Positions 22,361-36,510 are shown, numbered from the stretch's first letter. The stretch: 64,000 nucleotides of DNA from Lama guanicoe (GCA_013239625.1 MU053588.1:3314799-3378798), one strand, 5' to 3'. The notes: generated by a model not told the origin, from the sequence alone. A program made the numbers and translations.

Positions 22361-24039
22361 TACAAGTCAGAAACATTGTTATGACTTTTATTTTCATCTC
22401 CCCAAGGCACACAGGCACCTAATAATGAATAATTCTTCCACATCTTTCTCATTTGACCCTCCTAGCAGTCCTTGGAGATGTATAGTTTGTTAATTAATTA
22501 ATTCCTCCATACACTCATCCATCCATCCATCCACTCAGTCATCCATCATGTACTTATTGAGCACCCTGCATTTGCCAGGCCATCTGCCAAAGGCTAAAGA
22601 TGTAAGACACAGCCCCTAGCCTTTAATGAGCTTCCAGTCTGATGGGAAAAACAGATGTTCAACAAGGGCAAGCATCAGTATACCCACTCATGAGATAGGA
22701 ACACTGAGGCTTAGAGCCGGTAAATGAAGGCAACCAGTGTCTGGCAGGACCTGAGTCCACATTCACCAACTTGTGACTCCTGATGGTGTGACAGGAGCAG
22801 AGTCCCTTTGTTCCAGGAGTGCCTCATCCTGCATGAGGTAGAGATGCTTCACAGGTTCCCCAGGATGCTGACTCTGTTCTCCTCTCTCTCCAGGTTCTCT
22901 GCTGGACCAGGTTGGTGGCCTGAATGTATTAGCTTTGCTGCTTCTGCCCAAGAGGTAAGGGCCACGGCCCCCAAAGCTTTGCTTATTGCTGTGCTCTGGG
23001 CCCTGCTTCCTCTTGGAAGTCCCCGCTTCCTATCCTGGTCCCTGGCCCCACCCCAGGGGTGCTGCCCTGCCTCATTCTGCCTCTATCCTCCCAGAGGTTA
23101 GTCTGACTGATTTGTGTTTTCATCCTCCATGTGTCCTGCAGCTGTCTGGCCAAATGGATTCTGGATGTTGGTGACTGTGCGATTTCTGCTGTTGAGTGTT
23201 GGGGCTCAGTAGGAGAGAGAGATGGGGGTAACTTGATGGCTCAGATCACAGCTGAGGGTCAGGCATACCTGTGTCTGAATCTCTTTTCTGTCCCTTCCTA
23301 ACTGCCGGTGACTTGGGACAATCAGAGCTCTATTTCCTTGTCTACATAAAGGAATAATAACAGAATCCACCTTAAGTGCTTTCCTGAGGATGGAAGCCTA
23401 GTGGGGTCGTTTGGATTCTAGCTCTGGAGCTGGACAGCACTGGCTCTGCCAGTGCCAGCTGTGTGATCCTCAGTTTCCCCATCTGTCAAAGGAAGGTAAT
23501 AACAACATCCCCAACAGGATGTGAGGGTGAAAGAAGTTACTCTTCCGAAGCAGGGAGCCTCAGGAAGCAGGAACTCGAAATACAGCTGGAAGCTCTCCTG
23601 AGCAAGTGAGGATTTGTAAGGCCCCCTCCTTGGAATTCACTGAGACTCCTGGACGGAAGCAGGAGTTCTCTGGTGCTCAGCTCTGCAGGAAGCAGAGGCT
23701 CTGGGCGTTTGCTCTGGAGTTTGCTCCACTCAGCTTGGTGACGCCCAGGCAGTGAGCATCTGAGAAGGGGTAGGGACAGGGCCCCTGGGGACCCCCACTT
23801 CTGGTGCTGCCACCTGTATTCCAACCAGAGCAGCTTAACCCACAGGCCTCAGGACCTTAGGGGGGCCTCTGGTTGCTCTGGTAGACTTGTTGCTATGGGG
23901 GCCACAGCCTTACTTTAAGAAGCAGATGAAAACTGTAGCTTAGGGTTTGCAATCTGATGTGGTAAGGAAGGTGGTAGACTGGAAGTCATTGGTGGTGGGG
24001 AAGCTGCTTTTCAGCGCGACCGACTGTCCCCTGGCAGAG

Positions 24040-24225
24040 ATCCCCCCCCCACCCCCAGCCAGCTTTTCTGATTCCTCAGGAGAAGCCAGAAGTCCTGAAT
24101 TTTATGTGAACTCTCCCAATTTTTAAATGTTGGCAACAAACGCAAAATTTCAAAAATCCCCTTGTGGTCCCAACCACGTTTCAGGCAACCTTTGGCCCAT
24201 AGATTTCTAGTTTTACAACATTTAG
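24040..24225. mobile_element. Probable hAT-Charlie DNA transposon fragment (MER102-like)
   Basis: agccagaagtcctgaattttatgtgaactctcccaatttttaaatgttggc resembles an ancient MER element. The family name is from memory. Confidence 0.4.
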
Positions 24226-24719
24226 TATAGACTTTCTCCCAGGAAAATGCATCCCTATGTCTACCTAATTGTGCTCCAACCTCAGGGCTCTTCACAGGCC
24301 CCCTATAGCTCATCCATGGACCCTGTTCTAGCCGGTAAGAAACATAGGAGTCTGAACTACAAGATGTGTGCTTTCTCCAGGGAACCAGAAGTACAGCTTT
24401 CCCAGGAACCCTCTTGTCCTCTGATGTTCTTGACGTTGAAAAGAAGGTCAGGGAGCTTCCAGTCTGCAGAATTCATTTGGGGGCAAGAGGCTGGCTTTGA
24501 GGAATACCTGAAAGTTGGGCTCAAGTTACAGAGGCATTTAAAAGGAATTACGTGTCAGAGTTGGTGGAGGTTACAATCAGGTCTGTGATTTGAGCTCTTT
24601 GTGTTCAAATAGATGTTTGTTAAGTATCCAAGGTTTCATGGACATATTGGACAGATTTGGTAACACATGCGAGAACTCTTACATCCTCATGAGGAAACTG
24701 CTATATATTAAGGACCACC

Positions 24720-24915
24720 TCTATGCCAGGGATTGTCCTGGGCACTCATTGCAACTCTGTGAACTGGATGTGAGTCATCTGTTATGAGAAAAGGAAATTG
24801 AGGCACAGACAAGGGAGGCAACTGACCTAAGGTTACCTAAAGTTTCCATGGTAGTCTTAAGTAGTAGAGTCAGAATTTTGGACTCAAGTCTGTCTGAACT
24901 TCAAGCTCTCATTCT
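24720..24915 (-). mobile_element. MIR SINE (degenerate)
   Basis: gaaattgaggcacagac...aactgacctaaggtta...agtagagtcagaattttggactcaagtctgtctga. Confidence 0.65.
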
Positions 24916-25883
24916 TCCATTTCGCCAGAACCCACCCTAGGTTTGATATCTCCTCAGGGTGGCCAGTCTTTGTGCTTTGGCAGTGAATTTGACTTGTGGG
25001 GTTTGTAGGGGAGGGAAACATCTGAAGTCCTATTTGGAGCCACTTCTGATAAATTTAGCAATGATAATATTGACAATGGATAATACTGGAGCTACTTGTT
25101 GGTGTTTTGATAAACAGTTATACACTAGAGATGTTTTGTTGATGGAATCTGTAAGCTAAACTGGCCTTGAAGGCTGTTGCCAAAATGTCTGAGTGGTTCG
25201 AGAAAAGTTCAACCTCCCAGGGAGACCTGTTTGGAGGAGGCCAACCCTTTTAGATGTATAATTTTGTCACAAAACAATTATGACAAACGTAGCCATTGCC
25301 CCCATCCCCCACCATCTTTCCTTTATAGCCACACCTGGAAGGTGAGTGATTCTCCAACCGTGTCCAGAGGACTCCTCATGCCTGGGTGTCAGCTGGGGCT
25401 CAGAGCCCAGGGTGAGCAAGACGTCCCCCCACCCCAGCTCTGCAGGTGCCAGGTCAGCCTCATGGCATCCCCTCCTTCACTCCCTCTGGCCCCTCCTCTG
25501 GCTTTCCTTCCACCAGGGCCTTCTCTCCATTCTTGGTTGGGATCACCCTTCCCAGTCGCTCTCAGATCTCCATCTAGGGCTCCTTGATCCCCCTGGGCTG
25601 AGCTGGCCCCCCCACCTCATTCTCCCTTTTTGCACATTGTCACTGTATCTGATCATACATTCTTCGTGCAGTGTTTCCCCGCCGTAAGCTTCATGGCCAG
25701 GGGTGGGGGGAGATTTTTCTATTTGTCCAGCATGTCTACACATATTTCCTGGCACAGTGTAAATGCTCAGCTAAATATTTGTTGAATGAATAAATAAGTG
25801 AGCACATAGACACATAAACCCACATCCATTCATTTATTCTTTCACCCACCGTTTCCTGGGTTCTTGTACCATGATCTGGTGAT

Positions 25884-25920
25884 GCAGAGGGGAGGCAGAG
25901 GGGAGGCAGAGGGGAGGCAG
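25884..25920. repeat. 11-bp tandem repeat (GCAGAGGGGAG)x3
   Basis: Three perfect copies plus a partial copy. Confidence 0.9.
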
Positions 25921-28479
25921 CCCTGTGTGGCCTCTGAGGGCCCCCCAGGCTGGTGAAGAGACAGGCCCAAACACTACTTACCTGAACCCATGGGTCAGGG
26001 AGGTGCTGGCTTGAGAGATAGGGATGAGATCCAGCCACCTGGGGGCTCTCAGGGAGTCTTTAGGAGGAGGAGGTGGGAAGGGGTCTCCTGAGGGTTAGAA
26101 GACAAGGAGGAAGTTACAGCTCAGGTGGGGAGTCACTCCTGTGGGACTGTGGATGCTGGCCTGGCCTGAGTCCCTATGGACAGCCACTGTCCATTGGGCA
26201 TCTGAGGCCCTCCCAGTGCTGGGCAGGAGCAGGGCTGTGTCCCCACCTTGTCTCCCTCCCTTCCACAAAAAGACACAGTGGCCTTTGGTGTGGACCAGGC
26301 TCTGGGGTCACAGAACTGACTCTGGTACAAGTGCCAGGGCTTGCCTAGGGTGCCTGCACACCCCAAGGGGGTCTGGAAGGCCTCGGAAGCAGGAGCTTAG
26401 CTGTAGGTGAAAGGCTTCCATTGCTGAGTCTAGTGAGGTGACCTGGAAAGAACCCAGGGTTGCATAAGGAGAAAGAGAGATGTTGAGCTGCAAGGTGGGC
26501 ACATCCTCTTGCTGAGAGTGCTGATGTGGCTCTGGGATGCTCCAAGATCGGAAATGCAGGCCTGCATGGCAGCGCAGGTGTTCTGCAGACAAGAGTCAAG
26601 AAGCCAGTAGGTGGGGCCAGGGTTTTGTTCTGATCACCCAGACCTAGTTAGTCACCCTTCTGATTGCGCCTGGGGTGGGGGCTTTGGCTCCAGGAACCAG
26701 GTGTGTGCTGTTACAAATGTGGCTTGGGAGTGGGGTGGGCCAGGCTGGAGCTTCAGTGTGGGGGTGGCTCCTTGGCTGCTGTGGTTGGGCGGGCCCCTAG
26801 CATGGTCCACAGGGCATGGCTATATGAGGCTGAGGGCTGTGCTGTGCTGCCGCAGGCAAGTTGGCCAGGCCATAGGCAGTGGCGCTTCTCACTGGGTGTG
26901 GAGTTCGGATGCCAAGGGCTGTTTGTTATTGTAGGGTGCTGGGAAGTGGCAAGAGATCCCTTGCCTGCCTTTGCTATCCCTGAGTGGGTGGAGACAGCTG
27001 TTACCCATCCAGGACTGAGAGTGTCTGTCAGCCACAGGGTGGGGAGTTACAGATGTGGAGGAGGTGAAGTGGGGCACATCTCTTAGCAGCTTCAGGGACC
27101 AATGGGTCCCTGGTATCCCTGACAGTCCCAGAGCAAATGAAGGCCCTAGTGCCCACCGTCGCAGCAAGTGTGGAGCCCCAAGGGCCAAGGGCAAGTACTT
27201 GGCTCTGATTCCAAATGGTGGGCACTGCTGAGGGCTGGAGACAGCAGGCAGGCCATGGAGTCTGACCCGAGATGTTTAGCAATGAGCGTCCCCACCCCCA
27301 CCCCGCCACTGTCCAGCTCACATTGCCCTGCCAGTCTCTGCAGGTCTCTGGTTTCCTTCCTCTCCTCTTCCTCGCCCTGGGGCTCCACTTCCATCGTCCT
27401 TTTCTTTCTTCCTTTTTGTGGTCTTCATCCATGTCTGGCCTCTCCATTCCACCCTGGTTGCCTCCTTTTCCTCCGAGCCTGGATCTGTTTCCAGTCTTGC
27501 GTGCAGGGTGTGTATGGTCCATGTCTAGCTCTCTGTCTCTAGAGAGAGCCACAGGGAGATGTGGCCCTGCTGGTGGTGGGGAGAGGGGGACGAGGAAGAG
27601 AGAAGGAAAAAAGGCACTTGAAGGAAAAGCAAGAAAGGAGGTGCCCCCTTCTCCAACTGCAGGACAGCTTCTGAGGCCCCTGCACAGCCATCTGCCTACC
27701 TCCTCTCAGGGTGCGTGTGGACAGGAGGGCCAGAGGAGTCATCTGAGAGAGGAGGGTCCAGGAATATGTCAGAGAGAAGTAGAGTGGGAGAGAAAGACTC
27801 GGGGAGACTGAGAGAGCACCCCATGACAGAGAAATGCCTGGAGAGAAAGAGCAACAGAGAAAGGCAGGTAAAGAGCAACGGAGGTAGCAAAAAAGTCAGC
27901 TGGGAAAGCAGAGTCAGAGACTCAGAGACAGAAAGAAAGCAGAGTGTGTGACTGTGCTGCTGAGGCCTCCAGGCTTGGGGGGAGGGGGAAACAAGAAAGA
28001 TGGGGCTGAGGGCCTCGGGAAGGTGGGCAGGGCTGGGGAGCAGGAAGGACACGCCTCACCCCTGCTGTCTGGGGGCCCCACCCCCTGACCAGCCTGGTAT
28101 GCCCCGACAGGTGTAAGGAACTTGGCCAAGGCCCCCAGTGTGTGTGTCCCCTGTGTGTGGGGGAGAGGGTGACCGGGAGTGGATGGAAGGGATGTTCTGC
28201 TCCCACCTGCCCTGTGATCGGGACAGAGCCCAGTCTGCTCTGTCTCCTTCCTGCTGCCGCCTCTGATCTTCCCTGTCCATCCATCCTGTCCCCTCCGTGC
28301 CTCGGCTCACAGGGGCTCAGAGGGCCATGGGGAGGGCTTGGGTACCCCCTCCCGACTTCTGGCCTGGGAAAGAGGGAAAGCCATATGTGTGCGTGTGTGT
28401 GCGTACATGTGTGTGTGTATGTGTGAGAGAGAGAAAAAGAGAGGACACCCTGGACTTGGTCTCCCTTCAGCCCCGCTTT

Positions 28480-29090
28480 AGCTTTGCTGTTTGTGTCTCC
28501 TGCAGTATCAACTTCCCTCCACCTCTATCTAGCTGCATGTCTCTCCGTCTCTCCGAGTCCCTCTCATCAGCCATCTCTTACTTTCTCAGTCTCCTCTGCA
28601 TGTTCCTCTCGGTCTTTTATCTGTCTCTCAAACTCATCTCCTTTCACTGCCTTTCTGTTCCTCTGAGTATCGTTTCCATTCTCTCTCTGTGTCTGTCTGT
28701 CTCTCTCCCAGCTCTCCCTGTCCCTGGCCCTGGTCTCTCTTTATCTGTGCATTTTCCGTGGCTCCATCCCTGGGTTTTTGGCTCTGTTGTATTCTAGCTT
28801 TCTCTATTTCTTGCTCTCTATCTCTTTCTGTCTCTCTGGTCACTGTTTCCGTGTCTCTCCATCTGGTCCTCCCATTTGCCCTTCCTCTGCTCTTTTTCTC
28901 TGCCTTTGCCTCCTGCATCTCTGTCTGTGTCTCTTCTGGTCTCTTTCATCTTCTGTCTCTCCCCATCTGTCTCTCACATTCTCTGTGGGTCTCTCGTCCC
29001 TTGTCTCTGCGGGTCTCTAGCTGTCCATCCCTGCCTCTGTGTGTGTCTCTCACTCCCCCTCCCTTCCCCCCTTTTTTTCTGTTTCTAACA
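28480..29090 (+). repeat. Pyrimidine-rich low-complexity tract
   Basis: Same TCTC/TGTC composition as 4900-6585. Confidence 0.8.
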
Positions 29091-32000
29091 CCCACACTCA
29101 CATCCTACCTCAGGAGTAATTGCTTTTGTCTGGGTTGGACTGGACTTGTGGTGGGGGGAGGGTGGGGGGAGCGGGAAGGTCTGGCTGCCCAAGGAGGGTG
29201 GAGGAGGGGGCCCTGGGCCCATCCTGGCAGGGGTCTGGGGCCTCTGGCAGGGAAGGGAAGAAGGCAGACAGGCCCTCACATTAGGATTTGGAGACTCTGT
29301 AGTGATAAAATGGGCTAGGCAGCATCGCAGTGGCAGTCTCTACCTTGAACCCTCCCCCATTCAGAGACAATTCCCTCAAACACCATTGTACGCACCCAGT
29401 CATCATGACACACACGGGGACACACCCAGAGCCTCCAACCCACTTGTGGAAATACACCCGGCCATCGCACACAGGGACACTAGGCGTCACGTAGACACAC
29501 AGAAAGCACACGAGATCTCTGACACGAAAAGAAAGAGCCTCCAGTACATGCAGAGACAAACACACCTACAGCCACCCACTGACACAGGCACAGAATTCAC
29601 ACATGGACACATGGGGACTTGCACCATGGTCCCCAGATACTCACAGAAACGTCCGTGCTCAGCATGCTCGGCTGGGGGCTCGCACACAGGTGCCAACACA
29701 CACAGATTACCTGGAACACAGGAACACGCAGCCACCACGTTACCTGGGCACCAGGGGTCACTGAGATGCCCCCAGGAACACACCCACACTTCCTCGAGGG
29801 ATAGGCAGATCTGCATATACACATTTAGACATTTAAGGACACCCGGGGGAGGGGGGGACACTCATGAAAGTACACACACGCAGAGCCACTGTGTCCCCTA
29901 GGACACACCCACAGACTCGTGGTCACACAGAGGTGACTCAGTAGCTGAGACACACAGGGACACACAGCCCCCGTGTCCCACAGCAGAGCTTAAGGACTCA
30001 GAGACTCATGGCCACCCAGGCACACCAGGGACATGCACATTCCCTTGTATATATGACAACTCGGACACCACAACCCTCCCCTGGAATCCCCTGTCTGAAG
30101 CCTCGCACCCTCCCGCACCCGGACCCCCACACACGTGCAGGCCCTGCCCTGGGGCAAAGACAGGGTGGAGCTGCCCACAGAGACTGAGGGAGGGGGCAGC
30201 CAGGGCTCTGTGTATGGGCAACAGACTGCCTGGGGGTTGTCCCTCTGTTCTGGGCATCCACTCACTCTAGCTTATTCCAGCACCCCCCAAGGCCTTCCCC
30301 CACCCCGTGAATTCAGGACAATGTCTCCCCAGCCCCCCAAGTACCCCCTACCCATCTCTCAGAGGCCCATCCTTCTCATACCTTCAGAGGGCCTCATATC
30401 CCTGAGCTGCTCCCAACTGAGGGGGTGCCTGCTATCTCCCAGGGGGTCTGTCCCTCAATTTATCCCAGTCCCCTTACCTGCCAGAGTGACCCCCGTCCCC
30501 ATCTGCTTCCCTGCCCACTCTCATACTCACCCCCTCTCCTGGCTGTCCAAGCTCTCAGCCTCCCTAAGCTCTCCCGCTGTAGCGGGGGTGGTGGTGGGGG
30601 GCCCTGGCCCCTCAGAGGCGTGGGTAAGGGGTACATGGGGGTGGGGACCTGGGTGCGGCTCTGGGAAAGGGAAGCAAGGCAAGCGGGGAGAGAGAGAGAG
30701 GCAGAGGCAGGCAGGCAGCCAGCCGGCTTTATATCCCTGCCGTATTGATCTACCATGTCACAGACCCGGTCGATAGCCAGCCGAGAAAGAGAGGGAGAGA
30801 AGGGAGGGGAGGTTTGGGGGAGGGCAGTGGGACCCCTATAGTCCTCGGCCCATCTGGGGCCTCCTTGGAAGGCTGTGGGGGCATGTTCCAGCCAGTCCAC
30901 CCCCACCAAAGGGGCCCATTGTATCCTCCCCCTCATCCTCCTGGCTGCGGCCCTCTCCCTGAGAGCCGCCTTGGTAGAATTTAAACACAGACGATCTGCC
31001 CATTTCTTTTCGTCTCTGGTGGCTCTTCATCTCTCTCGTAGGCATGGGGAGTCTGGGTTTGAGGGTGGTGGGCTCACAGCTGTTCACTGCCTCAGCTCCC
31101 CTCTGCCCTTGTGGGCTCGGCAGGTGGGAGGCCCAGAGACTGTTGGGCTGGGCTGGGGACGGACAGGAGTGCAAATCTTCCTTCTTTGCTGTGTGACCTT
31201 GGGCAAGCCAGAGAACCTCTCTGAATGCTCTCTTCCCCAGCCATAGCTAGCCAGGCATTCAGGAGGGCTCTATCCATGTTGGTTTCCTGCCCTTTTGACT
31301 TGACGTTCTACCTCGAAGCTGCACCAGGCCACTGCTAGAGACAGACCACGTATAGAATTTCTTTTTCCTGGTCCCCTTACCCCAGTGGTCTGAGAGAGGA
31401 GAAAACAGCCTATCCCTCTCCTCAGCCTCCTCTTCACTCTGCAAAGAACATTCTACCACCTGCCCCCCCACCGCAGGCTCTCCTGACCTGGGCAGGAAGG
31501 GAGGGTTGTCTCCTTAGGTAGCAAGGGGAGAAGAGAGAGAGAGGCCCAGACGGTGCTGAGAAGTCTGGGGCTCTGCCTGCATCCTGGATCCCAGCCCTGC
31601 CTCTGTCTCCTTTCTGGGCCTCAGTTTCCCCATTACCCCCAAGCTCCAACCCTGCCCAAGCTCCAAGGTTCTGTATGGCTCTGGGATCCACAGGGATTGA
31701 TGCAGATGGGAGGGAGAGCCATCCAGAGGGTGAGACCAAGGCCAGAGGGGTGTCTGCTGCCCCTCCCTCAGCCAGGACTGCCTGGGTCCCAGGTGCGTCC
31801 CCCCAGCCTCCAACTCCCCTGGGCTCCAGTTCTTTGTCTGTCCAGATCCTCCTCCCCTCCCAGCCCAGCCTCCAAGATAGAGGTTGAGGAATCACCTTAG
31901 CCTTGACCCGAGGGGGATGGCAGAGGAGGGGCAGGCAGGCCCCACCCCCACCTCCTGCCCATGGCCATCCCCACAACCTCTCTCCTCCCTGCTTCCCTGA

Positions 32001-34499
32001 GTATCAGGCTGCCCCCCCACCATTGGGCCTCTGCTCCCTTTGTTAGGAGGGGGGAGGGGAAAGCGCTGAGCTGAGGGGACGTGGCCTGACCCCCGACCTC
32101 TCCCCTTCCCTCCTCCCGTCTGAGTCCCCAGGGGCTCAGAGCCCCCTTGACGGACAGTTCTGACCATCAGCCAAATGGCTCTGGGAGTGAGCAGGGGGCC
32201 AGGTAGGGGGGAGGGGAGGAAGGCCTGGCCAGGGCCCTGAGCCCACCAGAGGTGGGGGTTGTTTCATGGGTGGGGGAAGGCCCTTAGGATGAGCAGGAGG
32301 GGAAGATAGGCACCCCTATCCGGCGGGTAGCCTGATTTGACTGGGGGATGTGGAAGCAAAGTGGGGTTCAGCCCAGAGCCAGGAGCTCTGGACGCCCTAT
32401 GGGTAGGGGCCCAGCCTGGGCAGACACCCCCACCCCGCCCCCACCCGGCCTGCGGCATTGGGAGTGCAGCGGGTTTTAAAAAAAATTAAAAGAAAAAAAA
32501 AATAACAGGAGCAAGAGAAGCTGGGGGAAAAAATATATAAGAAAAAATATAATAAGAACTAAGCGGTGGCTGCAGGAGAGAGAAAGGGCAGGAGGCGGGG
32601 AGGGGGGCGCAGGGGGGAGGGCGGCTCGGGCCCTGGTCGCTGCAGAGGCCCGGCCGCCGGCCTCTGCGCTGAGCCCTCCGCGTCCCCCCTGCCGGCCCCC
32701 TCCAGCCCCGATCGATCCAGTTTCTTGGCAATAAAGCATTTTTATTGTCAGCTGCCCTGAATGCCAAATGTGAGCCTGGTCCTGCTCCCCCTCAACCCGC
32801 TTCCTCACCACCCCTCCCCCAGCCCTCCTTCACCCCCCTCTCTGCCACCCCCACCACAGAATCAGTATCGTCCATCACCAAGACCCTCCTCCTCTTCCTC
32901 CTCATCCATGTCAGCCACAGTCCCGTACATCCTCAATAATCCACCAAGCTCCCTCCCCAGCTAGACCGCTTGGCACCCCTCCCTAACCCCAGACCTGCAG
33001 GGGAGCAGAAAGGTGGGCTCTAGATGAGTTGTATGGGGGGACAGGGATGGACAGGAGGGAGTCCAGGTGGGCAGGCAGGGAGATGATGGACACAGGTTGA
33101 GGGAGGTATGGGCAGAAGTCAGGGGAGCAAAAGCTACCTAAGTGACAGCCAGCAGGGGACAAGAACAGGTGGGGGAAGGCAGGCCTGGTCCCTCTGTCCC
33201 CCGCCCCGGCACCCCACCAGTTGTAGTCCTCAAGGTCTGCCTCTACCCCTTCCATACTGAACTTGGACCCCTGTCTCAGGGAGGCAACTGGGGGCAGGGG
33301 AAAGAGACAGGCTAGTATTGGACACCCCTTCTACATGCCCACCTCAGCCCCTTTAGGTCTGGGGACAACATCCCACGTCCCACAGGACCACTGCTGAGGG
33401 CCAGAGCAGAGGGTGCTGGGGAAGCAATTTACAAAAGGCCTTGGTGTCCCCCACCCCACTTAGTCTTCCTCTCTCTTTCTGGTCTCTCTTTTTCTCTTTG
33501 TCTCTCTTTTTGCTTCTCCCTCCTCTGCTGCCGTCTCTGTCTCTCCTGTGCATTTTTCTGTCTCTGTCTCTCCCTGTGTAACTCTCCTTTCTTGCTACCT
33601 CTCCCTCCAGGTATTTAAGGATCTCCACATCCTTCTTTTCTACTTGCACAGTCCAGTTATTCTACCCCTGCATCCCTCTTTCTCTGTCCAGCTCCATGCT
33701 TTTCCTCTGACCTTTCCTGCCCTGCCTGTCCCCTACATCCTTCTCTCATTTCAGTCTCTCTTGCTTTACCCCAAATCCTGCAGCTGGGAAAATAAACAGC
33801 AGAAGACATAGAGGACAGGTCTCTTCTCTTTTTCTCTTGGGGCCCACCAATGTCTGGAGGAGGGAGGTCACGCCTATACCTTCAGAGATGGAGCTGGAGA
33901 ACTGGGGCTGGGTCCTGTCTGTCTGCCATAGACGTGCTGTGTGGCTGTCCTCCAGTCACTTGCCTGCTCTGAACCTCAGTTTGCCCCTGAAAAATGCGCT
34001 GCTCTGACGGCATTATGGCCCCTCCTGTGGAAAACCTGAAGGCCCAGAGTTCTCTGTGGAGGGGATCCTTTTGCTGGGGAGCATGGTCCCCCCCTCCACC
34101 CAGGTGCTCCTATGATGACATCTCAAGGCTGCAGACCTGCCCTCTCCCCTTCTCCTGGCTGCTGGGGAAGGTGAAGCCAGAGAGAGCCTAGGATGCAAGC
34201 TTTTCCCTCTCTGTCTGAACAGAAGGGTGACCCAGCAGGGTAGTGCTTTAGGAATCAGTGCAGGGCATGGATTCAAGACCCCAGGGCCCACTTCTGCTGT
34301 CAGCTCTGGAGGGCAGGAACTGCTTCACTTGTCCCCAGATCAGCGTCTGCCACATGGATGGGGTTCAGGAGATACATGTGGAGTGAAGGAAGAGGTGAGG
34401 AAGAACTTGTGCAGTGTACAGACCAGAGGGGAGAGAGAGAGAGAGAGATGGCTGGAGATGGGGCAGAGCTGGGGGAGGAGGGTGGGTGGGGGGGGGGGT

Positions 34500-34573
34500 N
34501 NNNNNNNNNNNNNNNNNNNNNNNNNNNNNNNNNNNNNNNNNNNNNNNNNNNNNNNNNNNNNNNNNNNNNNNNN
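34500..34573. other. Assembly gap (74 N)
   Basis: Run of N flanked by G-runs. Confidence 0.99.
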
Positions 34574-35329
34574 GGGTGGGTGGGGGTGGGGGTGGGAGGA
34601 GCAGAGGGATTCAGACATCTCTGGGTTGAACCCCTCGGAAGGTTGGGGGCAATGGGGAGGAGAAGGATTCTGGGATGACCCCAGGTCTCCTTGCCAAGTC
34701 ACCACCGTTCACCAAAGACTCAGTGACCTGCTCTTTAACACATCCCTGCATTTGGGCAGCACTCACATTTCCCACCTTGGGCTTCGCCTCACAGCTACCC
34801 CGTTTGCCAAGGGGAGGAAGGAACTCTATGTTCCATCCCCCTGGCACTTGGGAAGAAATGGTTTGATTTAAAAGGTGATGTATATACGCATGTACTTACT
34901 CACATGTCATGTGCTCACTTGTGCCAAGACAGTTCTTACTTTTCACTGTAATGCCTATTTTGATATTATCTTCAGATAATAGTTTTCTGGTTACTAAAGG
35001 ACCTTGGCCCTGGTTGGAGTCGAGGTGAGCAGGTGATGGAGGTGTATGAGATTCTGGCCAAGGCTTAGGAAACCTGGAAGAGGGTGAGGGGTGTTGGGGG
35101 TGGAGGGTGAAGGGAGGCAGGAGATAGGAGTTTCCTACTTACCACCTTGACAGCCAGATGCAGTCCTGGGAGTTCCTTTCCATTTGGTGACAGATGCCCC
35201 TCCTTTGAAAGGCCTCTCATCATCTCACAAACCTGCCCAAGCCTTTGCTCACTCCCTCATGTGGAAGAGTAACAGTCTAACAGCCCATCATGCTTGCTAC
35301 TTACCCTTGGGGCTCTTGCTGAATCCCCA

Positions 35330-35700
35330 GACCAACCTAGGTGGTAGGCACAATCACTGTTCCCACTTTACAGATGGGGACACTGAGGCTCAGGGAGGGA
35401 CATGGCTTGCCCTAGGTCACTAGCCAGTGAGTGGCAGAGCCAAGACTGCCATTCAGGCCCTCTTCATTGGTCCAACCCACAAATGCTTGTCAAGAGCCTG
35501 ATACTAGGGGTCAAGTTTTGTTGGAGGTATGTAGAAAATGTGACTGCCTTGGTGTGAGGGGTTCAGATCCTTGCTCTGCCACCAACTTGCTGTGATACTC
35601 TGGGCAGGTGATTTCTCCTCTCTGAGCCTCAATTTCCTCCTATGGGTCATAGCTTCCATCTCACAGGAGTCAGTGAACAAGGAAATGTAGAATGTCTGGC
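35330..35700. mobile_element. Two oppositely oriented MIR SINEs
   Basis: Antisense core cccactttacagatggggacactgaggctcag (about 35360) and sense core gggcaggtgatttctcctctctgagcctcaatttcctc (about 35600). Confidence 0.75.
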
Positions 35701-35964
35701 AGATCAGGTTACTTGACAAACGACCATGCCCTCCCTTCTTGTTCTTCTCTGATTCTTGTCCGTCCTCTACATTCCAGCTCTTTCAAGCTTTTCCACTTGA
35801 AGAGCATTTTTTCCCCCAAACCATCAACATTCATTGTCTCTTTGGATCCTCACCACTACCCTCTAAAGGAGGAGTTATTATCTTGATTTTACAGAAGTGG
35901 AAACTGAGGCTTAGAAGACTCAAGTCCTCTGCCTTGGGTGCTTGTCCCCATAAACGAGCCATTT

Positions 35965-36510
35965 AACTCATGCATCCCACATGTCTGCTGAGCACTTGCT
36001 ATGTGCTGGGCCCTGTTTGGGGCACTGGAGATAAACCGGTGAACAAAACTGGCACAGCCGATTTCCTCAGAGTCGACAAACTAGAGGGAATGAAGATCCT
36101 TAAGTGTAAATATCAATTAAATGCAAAATCAGAAATTGTGATAAATTCCCTCAAAGGAGAGACAAGAATAGGGAGCCAACAGAGAGACTGAAAGACATTT
36201 AAGCTGAACCTTGAAAGATGAGTGGATTTAATCAGGGAAAGAGAATTTGAAGAAGTGGGACCTGCAAGTGCAAAGGGCCTGGGGTTGGAAAGAGCTTGGT
36301 TTGAGGAATAGAGAGGAGGTAGTGAGGTTTAGGGCAGAGAATGGTGGGGGGAAGAGAGGAGAGCTGTCAGCAGGGGCCATATCACACAGGACCCTGTAGG
36401 CTGGATTGAAGGGTTTGGGTTCTATTCTCAAATGCAGGGAAGCCCCTGAAGAGTCTGAAGCAAGGGAATGACACAGCCTGATTAAGGTTCAGAAAGACCC
36501 TCTCTGGGTA
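35965..36510 (-). mobile_element. L2 LINE fragment
   Basis: ctgagcacttgctatgtgctgggccctg...caagtgcaaagggcctgggg...gaagagtctgaagcaagggaatgac. Confidence 0.8.
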
